Source of the DNA: Paraspadella gotoi
Taxonomy: Eukaryota > Animalia > Chaetognatha
Direction of reading: 5' to 3'
NCBI GenBank assembly: GCA_051294375.1
Contig: CM119267.1
Span: forward strand, 17,276,606 to 17,340,605
Length of the DNA stretch: 64,000 bases
Positions 42,574 to 61,762 of the stretch are shown piece by piece (within the stretch, counting starts at the first letter, position 1; every line of letters starts with the position of its first letter). The position numbers and the translations under genes were made by a program. A model generated the notes under the pieces. That model did no database searches. It saw only the letters and a list, made by a program, of their open reading frames with translations, and was not told where the DNA came from.

Positions 42574-42994
42574 TAATTGACTAATGTCTATCTAATGTCC
42601 AACATGCGAAGATTATCTGTTCGAAGTTAAAAGACGAGACGCAGTGAATAAGTACGACTGTACGTATTACAAAACCAGTGATTTATAATTTTGCTGATTG
42701 TAATTTTTGGGATCGTAATTACTAAGTGATTTTTGTAAATATGAAAACGTGATTAAGTAGAAATTAAAAAATACCACAACGAAAAAGACGCTTGTAATTT
42801 TTTCCCCCCAATTATTAAAAAATAATACACATATTAAATTTAGTAATATTGTGTTAAGACTATCTTTTCGTTGCGTTTATAGATATATAAAAGTATATTT
42901 GTTTACAAACAACGGGTTTTCATTCAATTGAAGAGACAGTTATATTTGTTATGAGTTAGTGACAAAATCGTTCAACATAATCGTTCATTATTAA

Positions 42995-43143
42995 GCAGTC
43001 CCTGAGCTGCTGATCAGGATGTAACACCGTGTTACAGGCGTGTTAAGCGCTCCGTCCCTCTCAACTGCTAGTCGACCACCAGGCTAGAATCCCAGACCTT
43101 TGGGTTGGGAGGCGAACGACTTGCCTACGGCACCAATGGCCGC
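42995..43143 (-). mobile_element. tRNA-derived SINE-like fragment
   Basis: Minus strand reads gcggccattggtgccgtaggcaagtcgttcgcctcccaacccaaaggtctgggattctagcc: a tRNA-like head with degenerate A/B boxes, followed by a GC-rich body. Confidence 0.45.
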
Positions 43144-43513
43144 TGATGAACGGTTAGTGGATTTTAGTCCACCATACAATAATAGAAACATAGCTTAAGC
43201 TTTATTGAAGTATAGAACCAGAATTTGAAGGCAAAAAAGTTAAATATATAATTTGAATATTTTAAGAGAGTGTACAATGTACAGTATACAATGTTGTACT
43301 CTGTACATTGTTGCCAATAGTTAGTCCTTGACCTTGGTTATATCACGTTAGAAATTGATTGACAATCTTTCGATTTAACCGGTAAAGAACAAAGAATAAC
43401 CAACCCTATTGCGGGAACTCTCGCTCTCGCACTATTTCCCCTTCTCGTTCACACACAAACACACACTCAAGTACTCCATGGCCCCCTTTCTCCCTCGATC
43501 CGCATCGGAAGTT

Positions 43514-43712
43514 AGAAACTTCTAGAAAACTCTCGAAGTTCGATCCTTCCTTTCCTCGTCGCCATCGTCGTCTTAATCGTCGTCGTCGTTACCCAGAAGC
43601 GTTTCGATCTTTCTCGTCTCGAGCTTCGGATTTGTCGATCCTCCCCCCCCACGCCCTCCTTGTCTACTCCCTCCTCTTCTTTCTAACCTCCCCATCATTG
43701 AGTTTATATAAA
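43514..43712 (+). promoter_or_regulatory. Heat-shock element array and TATA box (distal Hsp90 promoter candidate)
   Basis: Five alternating pentamers aGAAa cTTCt aGAAa aCTCt cGAAg (43514-43538, four perfect); TATATAAA at 43705-43712. Confidence 0.75.
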
Positions 43713-45597
43713 CGAAGGCTCATTGCGCAGACCTCGTGTTTCACGCTTGGCTTTCACTCCTGTGTCAGTCTTACAAACTTCGTCTTTAATCTCAAAGCGA
43801 ATTAAAATTCGATGTTTCGCAAAATATTTGCGTCTGTTTGTACTAAAAATAGTCTTTTGTATTTTTTCTAGATTGCGTTGTAGAATAAAATCATAAAATT
43901 GCTATCGATTTTTCCCAATGAATGAAATGACATTGGTCGAACCAATATCATATCTGACTTTCAAGATATCATGATATATACGTCAGCAAGCTTTTATCAA
44001 GTCTCTCAATTAAAGTCTAATAACTTCCGCAATCAAAAAACATATATTTTTAATTGTTTCAGTAGTTAGACGAGAATCTCGCTTAAAAAAAAATTCAACA
44101 TTTTTCTAATAGAGATTTCCGTTAAAATCTGACTACCCAAATTGCAAACGAGATTGCCAGAAATTCGGGTAAAAAACAGTTGTAAAAACACACGATTCCG
44201 ATAGCGTTATATCTTAAGAGCTAGCCAAATTCGTCTTATGGCATTTGATAAAGGATTTAATATCAAACAAGCCAGGGGAAATGCACTAGTCATCTCCGGA
44301 GAATTTTCAAACCTTGTTTTTACTATAGAAATGAAAGGGAAATTTTGCTTTTCAAAAATTGGTAAACGGGGCTAGGGTATGTTAACATTATAAATATTAC
44401 TTCGAATTTTGAGATTTAAAAAGCCTCTTGTCTCAAGAGCTTGCCAAATTTTTCTTTTCATTATTGACCAAACTCTTCATAGTAAACCAACATTGTAAAG
44501 TCCATTGGTCTGGTTTGACAACATGAAATTTTTATTTAATAAGAAATTAAAAGGAAGGTTGAGAGAAAAAACTGATTTTTCCTGATATCTCTTGAAGGAA
44601 CAAAGATACAGGGATGGCAATAGTACCAAAATGAAGCCATAATCATTAGGCACATACAAGTTACAATATTAGAATTATTTTTGCTGAAACCTCTTTACAG
44701 GGTGAGTGTCAAACTAAGTCAAAATTATAATGAATTTTAAAACTAATGAAACCCATAAAAATAAATGAAAATTAAATTCTTTTTAGCGATTCTGAAAGAA
44801 AAAAGGCTAAATTGTACTATAGTAAAACTTTAAAGTTTTTTGGATAAAGAAAATATATTTTTTTTTTCACTTAAATATTTGCTTCACTGATATTACAAGC
44901 ATGCTTACAAAATTCTACAAAATATTATTCACCCCATCACAGCCTAACTATTTATCTTTCTTTTCCACCAGCAAAAAGTAAACATTATTTTATGTTAGAG
45001 AACAGGGATGTTTACTGAAATGAGCTGGAAGACGTTCAACTACTTCACTTTAATGTCATTTTTCAATAATAAAATAGGCGAATCTTTTAATTATTTAACT
45101 CTCACAGGCTTCACAAGACATTTTACTTTCATAATATCCCAATGTTAATGTTATTCATTATATTTTTTTACGCAGAAATCATAAAATAACAGAAAGTTAT
45201 GGATTCCCTTCGCTCGTTTAAGAAAAAAAAATTAACTACTAGCGGAATTATAAGTTTGTAAGAGGAAGTCAGAATCGGCGAAAATCTTAAAAGGCGAGAA
45301 TGTTGAAAAAAAGGGGTGGAATTTTGATGGGTTTCCTAAGATTTCTCCACAATGTGAGGTCCGATTAAAGCGAAACTTGAGATTTACAATATTCCCGTCA
45401 TTCCACATCTATCGATATAAAAATATAAGAAAAAAGTCACTGGCTTCTTTTTCTATAGCGGCTTCCTACAGTAGTATAAATTTAATTCTGATGCTTTTCA
45501 GTTTTTCAACGAATCGCAACGCTTACGTAAACCCGGCTCGCTGCCAACGATTGCATCAAAGCCGAAAAAAAAACTCTGAATCGTCGACGACTCGTGA

Positions 45598-50395
<4,798 letters not shown>

Positions 50396-50761
50396 AGGAT
50401 CGGGCTCGATCCATCTTCAAGAATCTCCAATTCTCCATCTTCAAATCTTCAGTCTGAACAACAAAATTTTGTAACATATTGCGCGGATTCCAGTGTTTTT
50501 TAACTTTACGTATTAGCGCAAAGCGTTCGTTAGTAGTTATAAATCGTTTTTTTTTTTTATTTGAAAAATGCATTGGTTATTGATTTTGACAGAACATGTT
50601 TTACAATGTTTCGGCGACAAGATTCGCCCGATGTTCATTTGTTTTGAAAAAAAAATCGGTTCAGTCTTCGCCCAGAGAAACTTTTTTAATCATGTCCATG
50701 TTATCTGATTTTTAATTAATTTTGATTAAAGAGAACAAAAAAAAAAGGGATTTTTTATAAT

Positions 50762-50835
50762 TTTTATGCGGATCTGCTATGCAGGTCCGACTCTATAAGT
50801 CACAGTACGACAGTGTGTGTGTCGGTCACTACGTC
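50762..50835 (+). mobile_element. DINE-1/HINE-like head fragment
   Basis: ggatctgctatgcaggtccgactctataagtcac...gtcggtc: same hairpin head as 7630, 13770 and 14768. Confidence 0.5.
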
Positions 50836-51420
50836 GTTTTGATGATCAGTGGAAATGAATTCAAATAAGAAGCTTGGTTAAGATGTGATAAAGCTCGGTT
50901 GAGATATGATAAAGAAGTCAGGCGAAAGAGGAGTTATACTTGAATAGAGGTATGATAAAAGCTTGATTCATTGCTAAGAGATTGTTCATGATCTACTTTG
51001 ACTACGTCCTTACAAGTTCAATCCATCACACGATCAATCAATCATTTGATTACCATTAAACTATCGTCGGCTGTTCTGATGTTTATTCAAACTTGTTAAT
51101 TTATTCGGAGAGAGAGACAAAAAAGTTATTTTTTTTCTCTTTCACTAGCTAAGGAAAAGGATTATAAATATATACATTTTAAACATATGGCTTTAACAGA
51201 AGCTTACGTCATCGTCAGTTCGATTCTTAATCTTAACCTATGATTAAAAGCTTCCATTAAAAAAGGTCACAACCGATCAGGTTCGCGGTAGATCGAGTAA
51301 GAGTCTTTCGGGACAAGCTCAACTCATAAAAATATATCTATATATGTAAAAATATAATCAGGATAGTTAGAGTAAATAACCAATACCAATAGATAAATTA
51401 GTTCGGGTCTCGATCCCGAG

Positions 51421-54400
51421 ATGCCGAAGAAAACGGAGGAAGAAAAGAAAAAGGAAGAGGAGGAGAAGGCGAAGTATTGCGGAGGTCGAACCCCGTGGCA
51501 CGATCGCGCTGTCAGGTATGATGGTTTGTTCTTTTGTTAGCAGGGGCGGCGAGAGAAATGGCGGGCCCTCCCCACTGGCCCCCTGTCCGGGCCCCCCCTG
51601 CTCTCAATAATTTTAGTTTTTAGTTTTCGATTACCGACTTTCTGCTTTGAGAATTGCTCCAGAGTCCAGTGCTCAAACTTCTGCCTCCTCTTCTTTTTTC
51701 TTTTTTTTTCTTCTTCTTTTCCTTTTTTTCTTCTTTCTTTCCTACTTTTTTCTCTCTTCTCAGGGCCATCCCAGGCCCCCCTGGGGCCCGGGCCCTCCGC
51801 CTGAGGCTCGTAATTTTGTACATTTGCCCAGTGATATGCGAGATTTTCGCGGGCATATCCCTTATGCAGTTTAAACTGTTTAAAACTTCGCGCAGTTTCG
51901 GGGAAGCTAACTATAAGTTCACCGCAACTACGCCCTGCGGCGGTCTTCGCCGGGGATTTCCCCATTCAGGCATCCATCCGCCCCAATTCTTGACGGGGAC
52001 AAGACAATGGGCACTTATCATCTTCTCTCTTCTCGTATCTCTCTTTCTCTCTGTTTCTTCTATTTCCTCTCTCTCTCTCTCTCTCTCTTTCTTCTCTCTC
52101 TTCTCTATCTCTCTCTCTCTCTCTCTCTAACCATTTCTCTTTCTCTCTCGTCAATTTCTCTCTCTCTCATCCTTCATCTCTCCTCATCCTGCGGGCTCTC
52201 TCTCTGCTGCTGTGTCTCTCTTTACTCTCTCGAAGAAGAAGACGCAAAAGAAAGAATATCTGAAAAACAAGAAAAAAAAAATTAAGAAAGAAAAAAAAAG
52301 AAAGTACGAAAGAAAAAAAGAAAAAGAAAGAAAGAAAGGAAAAAGAAAATACAAAATCAAAGAAAAAAAGAAAAGAAAGAAGAAAACAATCAATCTATCA
52401 ATCAATCAATTAATGTTTGCAAACAATTATTTAATTAACTTTAATTAAATTTGTGTCTGTTAACTCGATTAATTAATTAATTATCACTAGTGATCGGTGG
52501 GTCAGATCTGACCATTGTTCGCCTCAAACTTCTTTGAAGAGAACTGGGTGTTGAGGTTAGGGGATTAGGGTTTTATGGTGAGGCTGCTTAGTTTAACGAA
52601 AAAAGAAAGAAGGAACGGAAGCAGAGATAGTTTCTATCACTAGTTTGGCTTGGAACTAAAAAAGTAAAAAAACATGAAATTTATATAATTTATTTTATCT
52701 ACAAAAATGAACTGAAACAATAAAAGATTTTTAAACTGATTAGATTTTATTTGTGAGAGTTTTTTTAGATTATTTTATATTTACAAGCCTGTAATGCTTT
52801 TTCAAACAGTATTTTTTTTATTGCCAAAGTGAACCAAAAATTTTTTTTAGTAAACTAATAAGTTTTTTGTAAAAACTTTCCAAGAACTGCGTATTTAGAA
52901 GTAACAGGTTTCTAACTGACAATAAGAAATTAATAGAAGAAAGCTTTTAATGATTAAAATAGTGGAGAGGGCAAAGACTTCTGTGAAGCCAAGTTAATGT
53001 GAGACCTAATAACATACAAATTTGCTTTTTGAGTTTTAAGCTTGCACCTTAGCAGGAAGACAGATAGTCTTTGAGAGTACTGTGCTAGATTATGAATAAA
53101 TTATATTTCTACTAACTTTCATTTTTTTCTGGTATGCCAAAGACCGAATCTCATTCTTCAGCCATAAACAAGCAATGATATTATTTGTTAATTTTTAAAT
53201 TAGGATCATTATATTTTTTGATGTTTTCAGGTTAAATATTTTTATAAAAGGACTGCCTATGAATCAGAAAGATTTGGATTCGGTGCCGGGGATAGGGACA
53301 TTCAAATGTTAATCCATCAAAATAGTGGCGGGGATTCCCCGCCGTGGTAATGCTGGGGCTTCACAATGTTCTCCCATAAAAATAGTGGCGGGGATCCAAA
53401 ACAGGGGAAATGAAGACAAGTTCCGTGAAATCAGAAAGAGAGCGCAGTTGAAACTGTTCCTTATAGCGCAGATTCAACTGCGCCTTTTGGACGGCGTAAT
53501 ACTTGGTATATGCCCACTATATCTTCAGAAAAAGCCTATTTTGGCTGTAAGTTTAAGGAATGCAAGATCGTTTTTTAAACTTAAGAATTAGGGTTAGTGC
53601 TAGAAATAAAGGTTAGGTTGAATATTAGAAGTTTGCTTAGAGATATTATAAAATATTAGGGGATAAGGTTAAATTTCTTCTCATCCTTTATCTGCCCTCC
53701 CCCGTTTAAATATTCCAGCATTCCGTTAACCACCCTGCGTGACTACACTGAGTGCAAAGCGAAATGCGACGTTCCCAAATACCCCGTCATGGGCAACGGA
53801 GAGAACATGGTGTTCCTGGCCTATCCTCCTATCGGTTCCAACGAGTGGCAGGAGCAGCAGCAAACTAATCGGGAGCGGCGGCAGCAGCGGGAAGGAGCTG
53901 AATTTGACGAGACTGAAACGGGCGAAGGATGGGTGTCATTGCATGGTGTTTGACTTTTTATGATCATTTATTTAAATACTATTTTTCTTTGACAATTTCA
54001 AATTGGGATTTTTGGGACAGATCCTGCGGAAGAAGAGCCGGAAACGTCACGCGACGACGCCGATCGACTCGCTGGGCGCGCATCGCCGAACGCAGCGCCA
54101 TCGGCATCGAATCGTAACCGCGCCGCGGACGATACCGTAGCGCCGGAGACGCCGCGACTTTACGCCGCCATGTCAGAGGACGCAGCCCAGACGAGGAACA
54201 ACAATAATTTTTACGACGACGACGACGACGACGACTACGGCGACGAAAGCGGCGACAGGGACGACGAAGGCAACAACGCTGATTTCGACCTTGCTGCCGC
54301 TTACGGAGCGGCGGAGGCTGCGGCCGACAGCGCCCCCGCAGGAGGATTTAATTCGGCGATCGGCGACGAAGAAGGATTTTCTGCTGATAACGATAACCGA

Positions 54401-57400
54401 AACTGGTCGAGTGTTTTTTGGAAAATTTGATACACATTATAATAAATAAAAATAATAAATAAAAAAATATATAAATAAATACACAAAAAAATAAATAAAT
54501 AAAGAATTGAATATGACAGGAATTACACCACTCCGCATCAACAGCCTGAGCAGCCATTCGAGATTGTACAGCAACAGCAAGTTCAGCCTCGAGAGTTCGT
54601 CGTCGACTCGGCCGAGGAATCCGCTGCGGAGGCGCGGAAGTCGCCCGTCGACGACGACTTTTACGACTGCGGACAATCGGAGAATGACGACGACGACGAC
54701 GACGAGAACGACTATTTCGCCGCCTTCGACGAACTGGAAGTCGACGTCGATGGCGTCGAAGGAAGAGACGGTGGAAAATCCTCCAAGAAGACGAAGAAGC
54801 CGAAGGACGAGAACAACAACAAGGATAACAACGAGAAATCGTTGGGGAAGAAGAGCGGGAAGTCGGGGAAGAAGGGGAGGGGAGAGAAAGTGGGGAAGGG
54901 GAAGAAGGGAGATGAAGTGGGGATCAAGGACGAAAATAAGAACCGACGGAGAACCATCATGGACAAGTTGTTGAGCGCCGGGAACAAGTAATCAAGCGGT
55001 GAGAGAGAGGGAGGGAGGAAGAGAGAGAGAGAGAGAGGGAGAGAGAGAGGGAAGGTGGAGGGAAAAGAGAGAGATTGATTAGATAGATATGAACCATCAT
55101 GGACAAGTTGTTGAGCGCCGGGAACAAGAACAAGGGTGAGAGAGAGAGGAGGGAGGAAGGAAGAGAGAGAGGGAGGGAAGAGGAGGGAAAAGAGAGAAGA
55201 TTGATAGATAGATAGAACCATCATGGACAAGTTGTTTGAGCGCCGGGAACAAGAACAAGGGTGAGAGAGAGAGGGAGGAGAAGAGAGAGAGAGAGGGAGA
55301 GAGGGAGGGAAGAGTGGAGGGAAAGAGAGAGAGATTGATAGATAGATAGAACCATCATGGACAAGTGTTTGAGCGCCGGGAACAAGAACAAGGGTGAGAG
55401 AGAGAGATGGAGGAGGAAGGAGAGAGAGAGGGAGAGAGAGGAGAGGGGAGGAAGGTGGGAGGGAAAGAGAGAGGATATAGAAAGATAGAACCATCATGGA
55501 CAAGTTGTTGAGCCGCCGGAACAAGAACAAGGTGTGAGAGAGAGAAGATGGAGGAGGAAGGAAGAGAGAGAGAGAGAGAGGGAGAGAGGAGGAGGTGGAG
55601 AGCAAAGAGAGAGAGATTGATAGATAGATAGAACCATCATGGACAAGTTGTTGAGCGCCCGGAACAAGAACAAGGGTGAGAGAGAGAGATGGGAGAAGGA
55701 GAAGAGAGAGGAGAGAGAGGGAGAGAGGGAGGAAGGTGGAGGAAAGAGAGAGGAGATTGATAGATAGATAGAACCATCATGGACAAGTTGTTGAGCGCCG
55801 GGAACAAGAAACAAGGGTAGAGAGAGAGATGGAGGGAGGAAGGAAGAGAGAGAGGAGAGAGAGGAGAGAGGAGAAGGTGGAGGAAAAGAGAGAGATTGAT
55901 AGATAGATAGAACCATCATGGACAAGTTGTTGAGCGCCGGGAACAAGAACAAGGGTGAGGAGAGAGAATGGAGGGAGGAAGGAAGAGAGAGAGGGAGAGA
56001 GAGGAGAGAGGGAGGGAAGGTGGGAGGGAAAGAGAGAGAGATTGATAGATAAGATAGAACATCATGGACAAGTTGGTGAGCGCCGGGAACAAGAATCAAG
56101 CGGTGAGAGAGGAGATGGGGAGAGGAGAAAGAAGAGAGAGAGAGGAGAGAGGGAGGAAAGGTGGGAGGCAAAAGAGAGAGAGATTGATAGATAGATAGAA
56201 CCATCCGACAAGTTGTTGAGCGCCGGGAACAAGAACAAGAGTGATGAAGAGGGGAGGAGAGAAGGAAGGAGAGAGAGCAGAGTTAGAGAGAGAGGGAGAG
56301 AGGAGAAGGTGGGAGCAGCAGAAGAGAGAGAGATTTGATATATAGATAGAAACCATTCATGGACAAGTTGTTGAGCGCCAGGAACAAAACAAGGGTGGAG
56401 AGAGAGGAAAGCAGAGAGAGGAGAGAGAGAGAGAGAGGGAGAGAGAGAGAGAGAGGGAAGAGAGAGATAGAGAGATGGAGAGAGCGAGAGAAGATTGATA
56501 GAAGTATAGATAGATTAGATAGTAAGAAGAGACTATCAGAATTCATTTAACGAAATTCCAGGTGTGGTCGGCCCCGCCAAAAATCTCTCGGTCAACGCGG
56601 CGGCCGCCGCCGGCGCCGCCTCCTTCTCAACCAACGCGCTGGGCAAAAGCAGCGGACTCTCCAACCAGATCTCGGGGATTCTCTCGGGCATCGTGTCGCC
56701 AGGGGGCGAGGATCCAAACGAACGGGGCGAGTTCGCCGACGTCCCGTGTCTGGCGCTCGATCACGAAAATCCGCCCATGAAGACTCTGCTGGAATACGTT
56801 CAGGTGGGTATCTCTGTATATATATATATATATCTATATAGAGATAGAGGAGAGAAATATCGAAACACGGACTAGATTCATCCTTCGAATGATTGATTGA
56901 TTGATTGTGGATGCGCGACTTAAGCGGCGATTTCATCGATCCTCAGCATCCGGAACGCCTTCCCAACAACGCCAACGCGATTGTGGACCACATTGATGAC
57001 GAGTACAAGGACGCCAGACATATGGCCAAGATTTATCACAAGTTCCTCCAGTGAGTGAATTAGGGGAAGAAAGGGGGAGGAGATGAACTGGGTTTAATTG
57101 TAATCTATGAAATTGGTACAACCAATATAAAAATTATCCATTCGTTTAATAAATAAGCTATCTTGCCCCTGACTTTGGACTGGGTTTTGTGGTTTAAGGC
57201 CTCCATCACTCTTACAAGATAATGACATAGCAGGTCCCTGCAAGCTTTCAATCAAGACTCTTTCACAGTCTCGTTTATTCACTCCCAGAGTACTTGGCTT
57301 CCCTATCATTGAAAATATTTCAAAAAATGTTTCAATTGTATGAAAAGACCACTCCCTTAAGTATTAGATCGAGCGTTGTCAACACAATTTATATTTTTAT

Positions 57401-59103
57401 TTTTATCTTTATTACGCTCAAGACTACTAAGTCAGCCACATAAAGTTAAAAACTCTTACTTGCAAAATGAATAGTATTTGGTAGTATCTTATTCCGTCTT
57501 AAAGTGCTATTATTATTAATGTATATAAAGAACTGAAGAAGATGAACGCGATGAGTAAAGAATATTTGATCACAAATGTTATTAATAAAGTCAGCTCAAC
57601 AAGATTTATAAGATAGACGAAAATTATTTTCTAAATTTATAATTTGGGAGGGATCAGCAATAAAAACAAAATTAGTGTCAATAATTCAGTAAAGGGTATA
57701 ATTAGAACTGCAATATGAAAATTAAATTATTATCGTTTTAAATTTCTTTTTACTGAAAGATATTAAGCTCAGTGATTACAATCTCTCTTCAGCGACATCT
57801 ACCACGAGTTGACGATCGCTTTGAAGCCCCGTCCCCACTACGAGACGGCGTGGAGCGCCATCGCTGGCGCCCTCAATACTAAAAGGGTCGACGTTTATCC
57901 CGAATACAAACTCGGCTTTATTTTTCAGGTTAGCCTCCGAATACAATACATTACAATACAATAGATTACTATACAATGCAATACAATAGAATATAATATT
58001 TGATATAGTATACAAGAGCTAAGAGTTTGTTACGATGTTTTTACACGAACGGGCGTTGACTTCTTCCTTTACCCCACCTCCATCTGCAATGTCGTTGTCG
58101 ACAACGCCCCCTTCGTGGCTTCGGGGTTGTTAATGCAATTTGGTCTGAAAATTTTTTGGCGCCATTTCGCCGTAGGGGGACTCTGTCTCCCACTTTTTCC
58201 CGTCTTTTTGTTTTTTTTTGGTTCCACTTGTCTGCCGTCGAATCCCCAGGCGTCTGCCACGTTTTATTTTTTTTTTAAGTTTCTTTCTTTTTTTTTTTTT
58301 TATTATTCAAATTCTTTGTTTTGTTTTGTTTCTTCTACTTTCTTTCTTTTCCTCGTTTTTCTTTTTTTCTCGTTCCAATCTTTTTTTGGCGAATCTTGTT
58401 CCGTTTTTTTTTTCGCCTCCAGGGAAACTCTTCATGACTTGTGAATAATAATTTACTCAGATTAAAAATGTTCACTCTTTCTCTCTCGGTCTCGTTCGCG
58501 TTCTTTTCTCTCTCTTCTCTCTCTTCTCTCCCTCTCTCTCCCTCGTTTACTCCATTCTCTTCTTTTTGATTCATAAATTTGTTACTTTTGTTATTTCGTT
58601 CTCAATTTTTTTCTTCGAATTATTTTTAATTGTTTTGACAGCACGCCGCGCCCATCAATTGGCTTTAATTTAGTTTATTTTCATAAAAACAAATAAAGTT
58701 GAGAAAAAAGGTGAGAGAATGAAAGATCTAAAGAGAAATCCAATCGAAAGAAAGATGTCGATGAAAGACTTGAGATTTTTTCATCGGGAAAATCGTTGTT
58801 TAACGATGTGTGACGATGAGCGGAGCTTTAATCGACTAAGGAAATTACCAGCTGGCGTTGGACCAGTCTTAATATGGAGGTGAAAAAAAAAGAGACAAGT
58901 TTCTATCATTCCCAAGTTTTTACAGTCTCACATTGTCGTTTGAGATTAGTATCTTGGCCTCGTAACCTTGGCTGATTAAATTCCGGTTTATTCTAATCTC
59001 ATTTGCATATTATACTAAATCAATCAATAAATAAATATATAAAAAATAAAGTTAAAAAAAAGTTTAAAAAAAAAAATGAAAAATATAAATAAATAAAATA
59101 AAA

Positions 59104-59146
<43 letters not shown>

Positions 59147-60363
59147 AATAAATTAAATAAATAAATAATAAATCAATATCAATCAATCAATCAATCAATC
59201 AATCAAGATCAAAATAAAATAAATAAATAATAAATAAAATAAATAATAACATCCAAATTCAATCAATCCACCCTCCCCGGCGTAGCGCTTCGGGCGGAAC
59301 TGCAACGTGGAAAACTCTCCCCTGGAGGAAGGCCTCTTCGAAGTGGGCGAGTCCTTCGCGCTGAAGGCCTCATTGAAGGAGGCGCTCTTCCACGACATCG
59401 TCGCCTCTTTTCTCAATCCGTTGAAGGAATTTTTGAGTNNNNNNNNNNNNNNNNNNNNNNNNNCGTATAATCGCCGCTCTCGCGACCAACCCCCTTCGCA
59501 ACCGTTCCCCCCCCCCAACCCCACCCCACCCCCGAACCACCCTCACTCAAAAATTCCTTCAACGGATTGAGAAAAGAGGCGACGATGTCGTGGAAGAGCG
59601 CCTCCTTCAATGAGGCCTTCAGCGCGAAGGACTCGCCCACTTCGAAGAGGCCTTCCTCCAGGGGAGAGTTTTCCACGTTGCAGTTCCGCCCGAAGCGCTA
59701 CGACGGGAGGGTGGATTGATTGATTGATTGATTTATTTATTTATTTTATTTATATATTTATTTATTTATTATATTATATTATTATTGATTATTGATTGAT
59801 TATTGATTGATTGATTATTGATTGATTATATTTTATTTATTATTATTTTATTATTTATTTATTTATTTATTTATTTATATTTATTTATTTATTTATTATT
59901 TATTTATTATTTATTATTATTATTATTATATTATATTTATTATTTATTTATTTTTTTTTTTTTTTTTTAAAAACTTTTGATATGATATGATAGAAACTTA
60001 ACGTCTTTTTTTTTCACCTACATATTAAGACTGGTCCAACGCCAGCTGGTAATTTCCTTAGTCGATTAAAGCCCCGCTCATCGTCACACATCGTTAAACA
60101 ACGATTTTCCCGATGAAAAAATCTCAAGTCTTTCATCGACATCTTTCTTTCGATTGGATTTCTCTTTAGATCTTTCATTCTCTCACCTTTTTTCTCAACT
60201 ATATTTGGTTTATGAAAATAAACTAATTAAAGCCAATTGATGGGCGCGGCGTGCTGTCAAAACAATAAAAATAATTCGAAGAAAAAAATTGAGAACGAAA
60301 TAACAAAAGTAACAAATTTATGAATCAAAAAGAAGAGAATGGAGTAAACGAGGGAGAGAGAGG

Positions 60364-60435
<72 letters not shown>

Positions 60436-61280
60436 AGAGAAAGAGAGAAGAAGAGAAAGAGTGACATTTTTATGATGAAATTTTATTCACAAGTCATGAA
60501 GAGTTTCCCTGGAGGCGAAAAAAAAAAACGGAACAAGATTCGCCAAAAAAAGATTGGAACGAGAAAAAAAGAAAAACGAGAAAAGAAAGAAAGTAGAAGA
60601 AACAAAACAAAACAAGAATTTGAATAATAAAAAAAAAAAAAGAAAAGAAACTTAAAAAAAAAATAAAACGTGGCAGACGCCTGGGGATTCGACGGCAGAC
60701 AAGTGGAACCAAAAAAAAACAAAAAGACGGGAAAAAGTGGGAGACAGAGTCCCCCTACGGCGAAATGGCGCCAAAAAATTTTCAGACCAAATTGCATTAA
60801 CAACCCCGAAGCCACGAAGGGGCGTTGTCGACAACGACATTTGCAGATGGAGGTGGGGTAAAGGAAGAAGTCAAACGCCCGTTCGTGTAAAAACATCGTA
60901 ACAAAACTCTTAGCTCTTGTATACTATATCAATATTATATTCTATGTTATTGCATTGTATAGTAATCTATTGTATTGTAATGTATTGTATTCGGAGGCTA
61001 ACCTGAAAATAAAGCCGAGTTTTTTTTTTTCTTTCTCGTCAGCCAAAGACTGGCCGGAGATGACGATTCACGACCAGCACGTGGAGGGTCTGGCGAGGAA
61101 GTTGATGAAGGCGAAGACGGACCCTACCAAGAACAAGAAGGACGAAAAGGGGGGAGCGGGGAAGAACAAGAACGCCCGCCGGTCGTCGGCCGAGACTGGC
61201 ATGGGGACGAATAATAACGGTTTGGGATGAGAATGAGGGAGATAACGAGAGAAAGAAAGAAATAGAGAGAGAAAGAAGGA

Positions 61281-61354
<74 letters not shown>

Positions 61355-61730
61355 TGAAACGAGAAGGAAATCAATAAAAGAGAAAAATTTATAAAAAGCA
61401 ATAAAAAGCCTTGTTTATTGTCCACGACTAATGTCTAATCCAAGATATTTTTTTCCCCCCCCTCTCCTCAGCCTTCATCTTTCCCTGCGCTCAAGGAGCA
61501 GAAGTCGACGACGACGTCAAGAACAGAAACGCGGGGAACTTGAGTCGTAACGCTCGCGGTGAGACGCCAAGTCTATCGGTGATTGTGATTCAAATGGCGG
61601 AATTTCGAGTAGCGCCTTCATTTTTCTTTTTTTTCAATGCTTGCTTGCTTCCTTCCTTCCTTCCTTCCTTCCTTCTTTCCTTCCTTCCTTCTTCCTTCCT
61701 TCCTTCCTTTCCTTCCTTCCTTCCTTTCCT

Positions 61731-61762
<32 letters not shown>

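Noticed and set aside
51541-51937. GC-rich element with cagggg(cg)...cgccctg ends as a MITE
   Set aside because: The terminal match is only ~7 bp with no clear target-site duplication and no second copy in the window.
54949-56400. CRISPR-like repeat-spacer appearance
   Set aside because: The spacers are noisy variants of one GA-rich sequence, the repeat is an exon end with a splice donor, there are no cas genes, and the context is eukaryotic.
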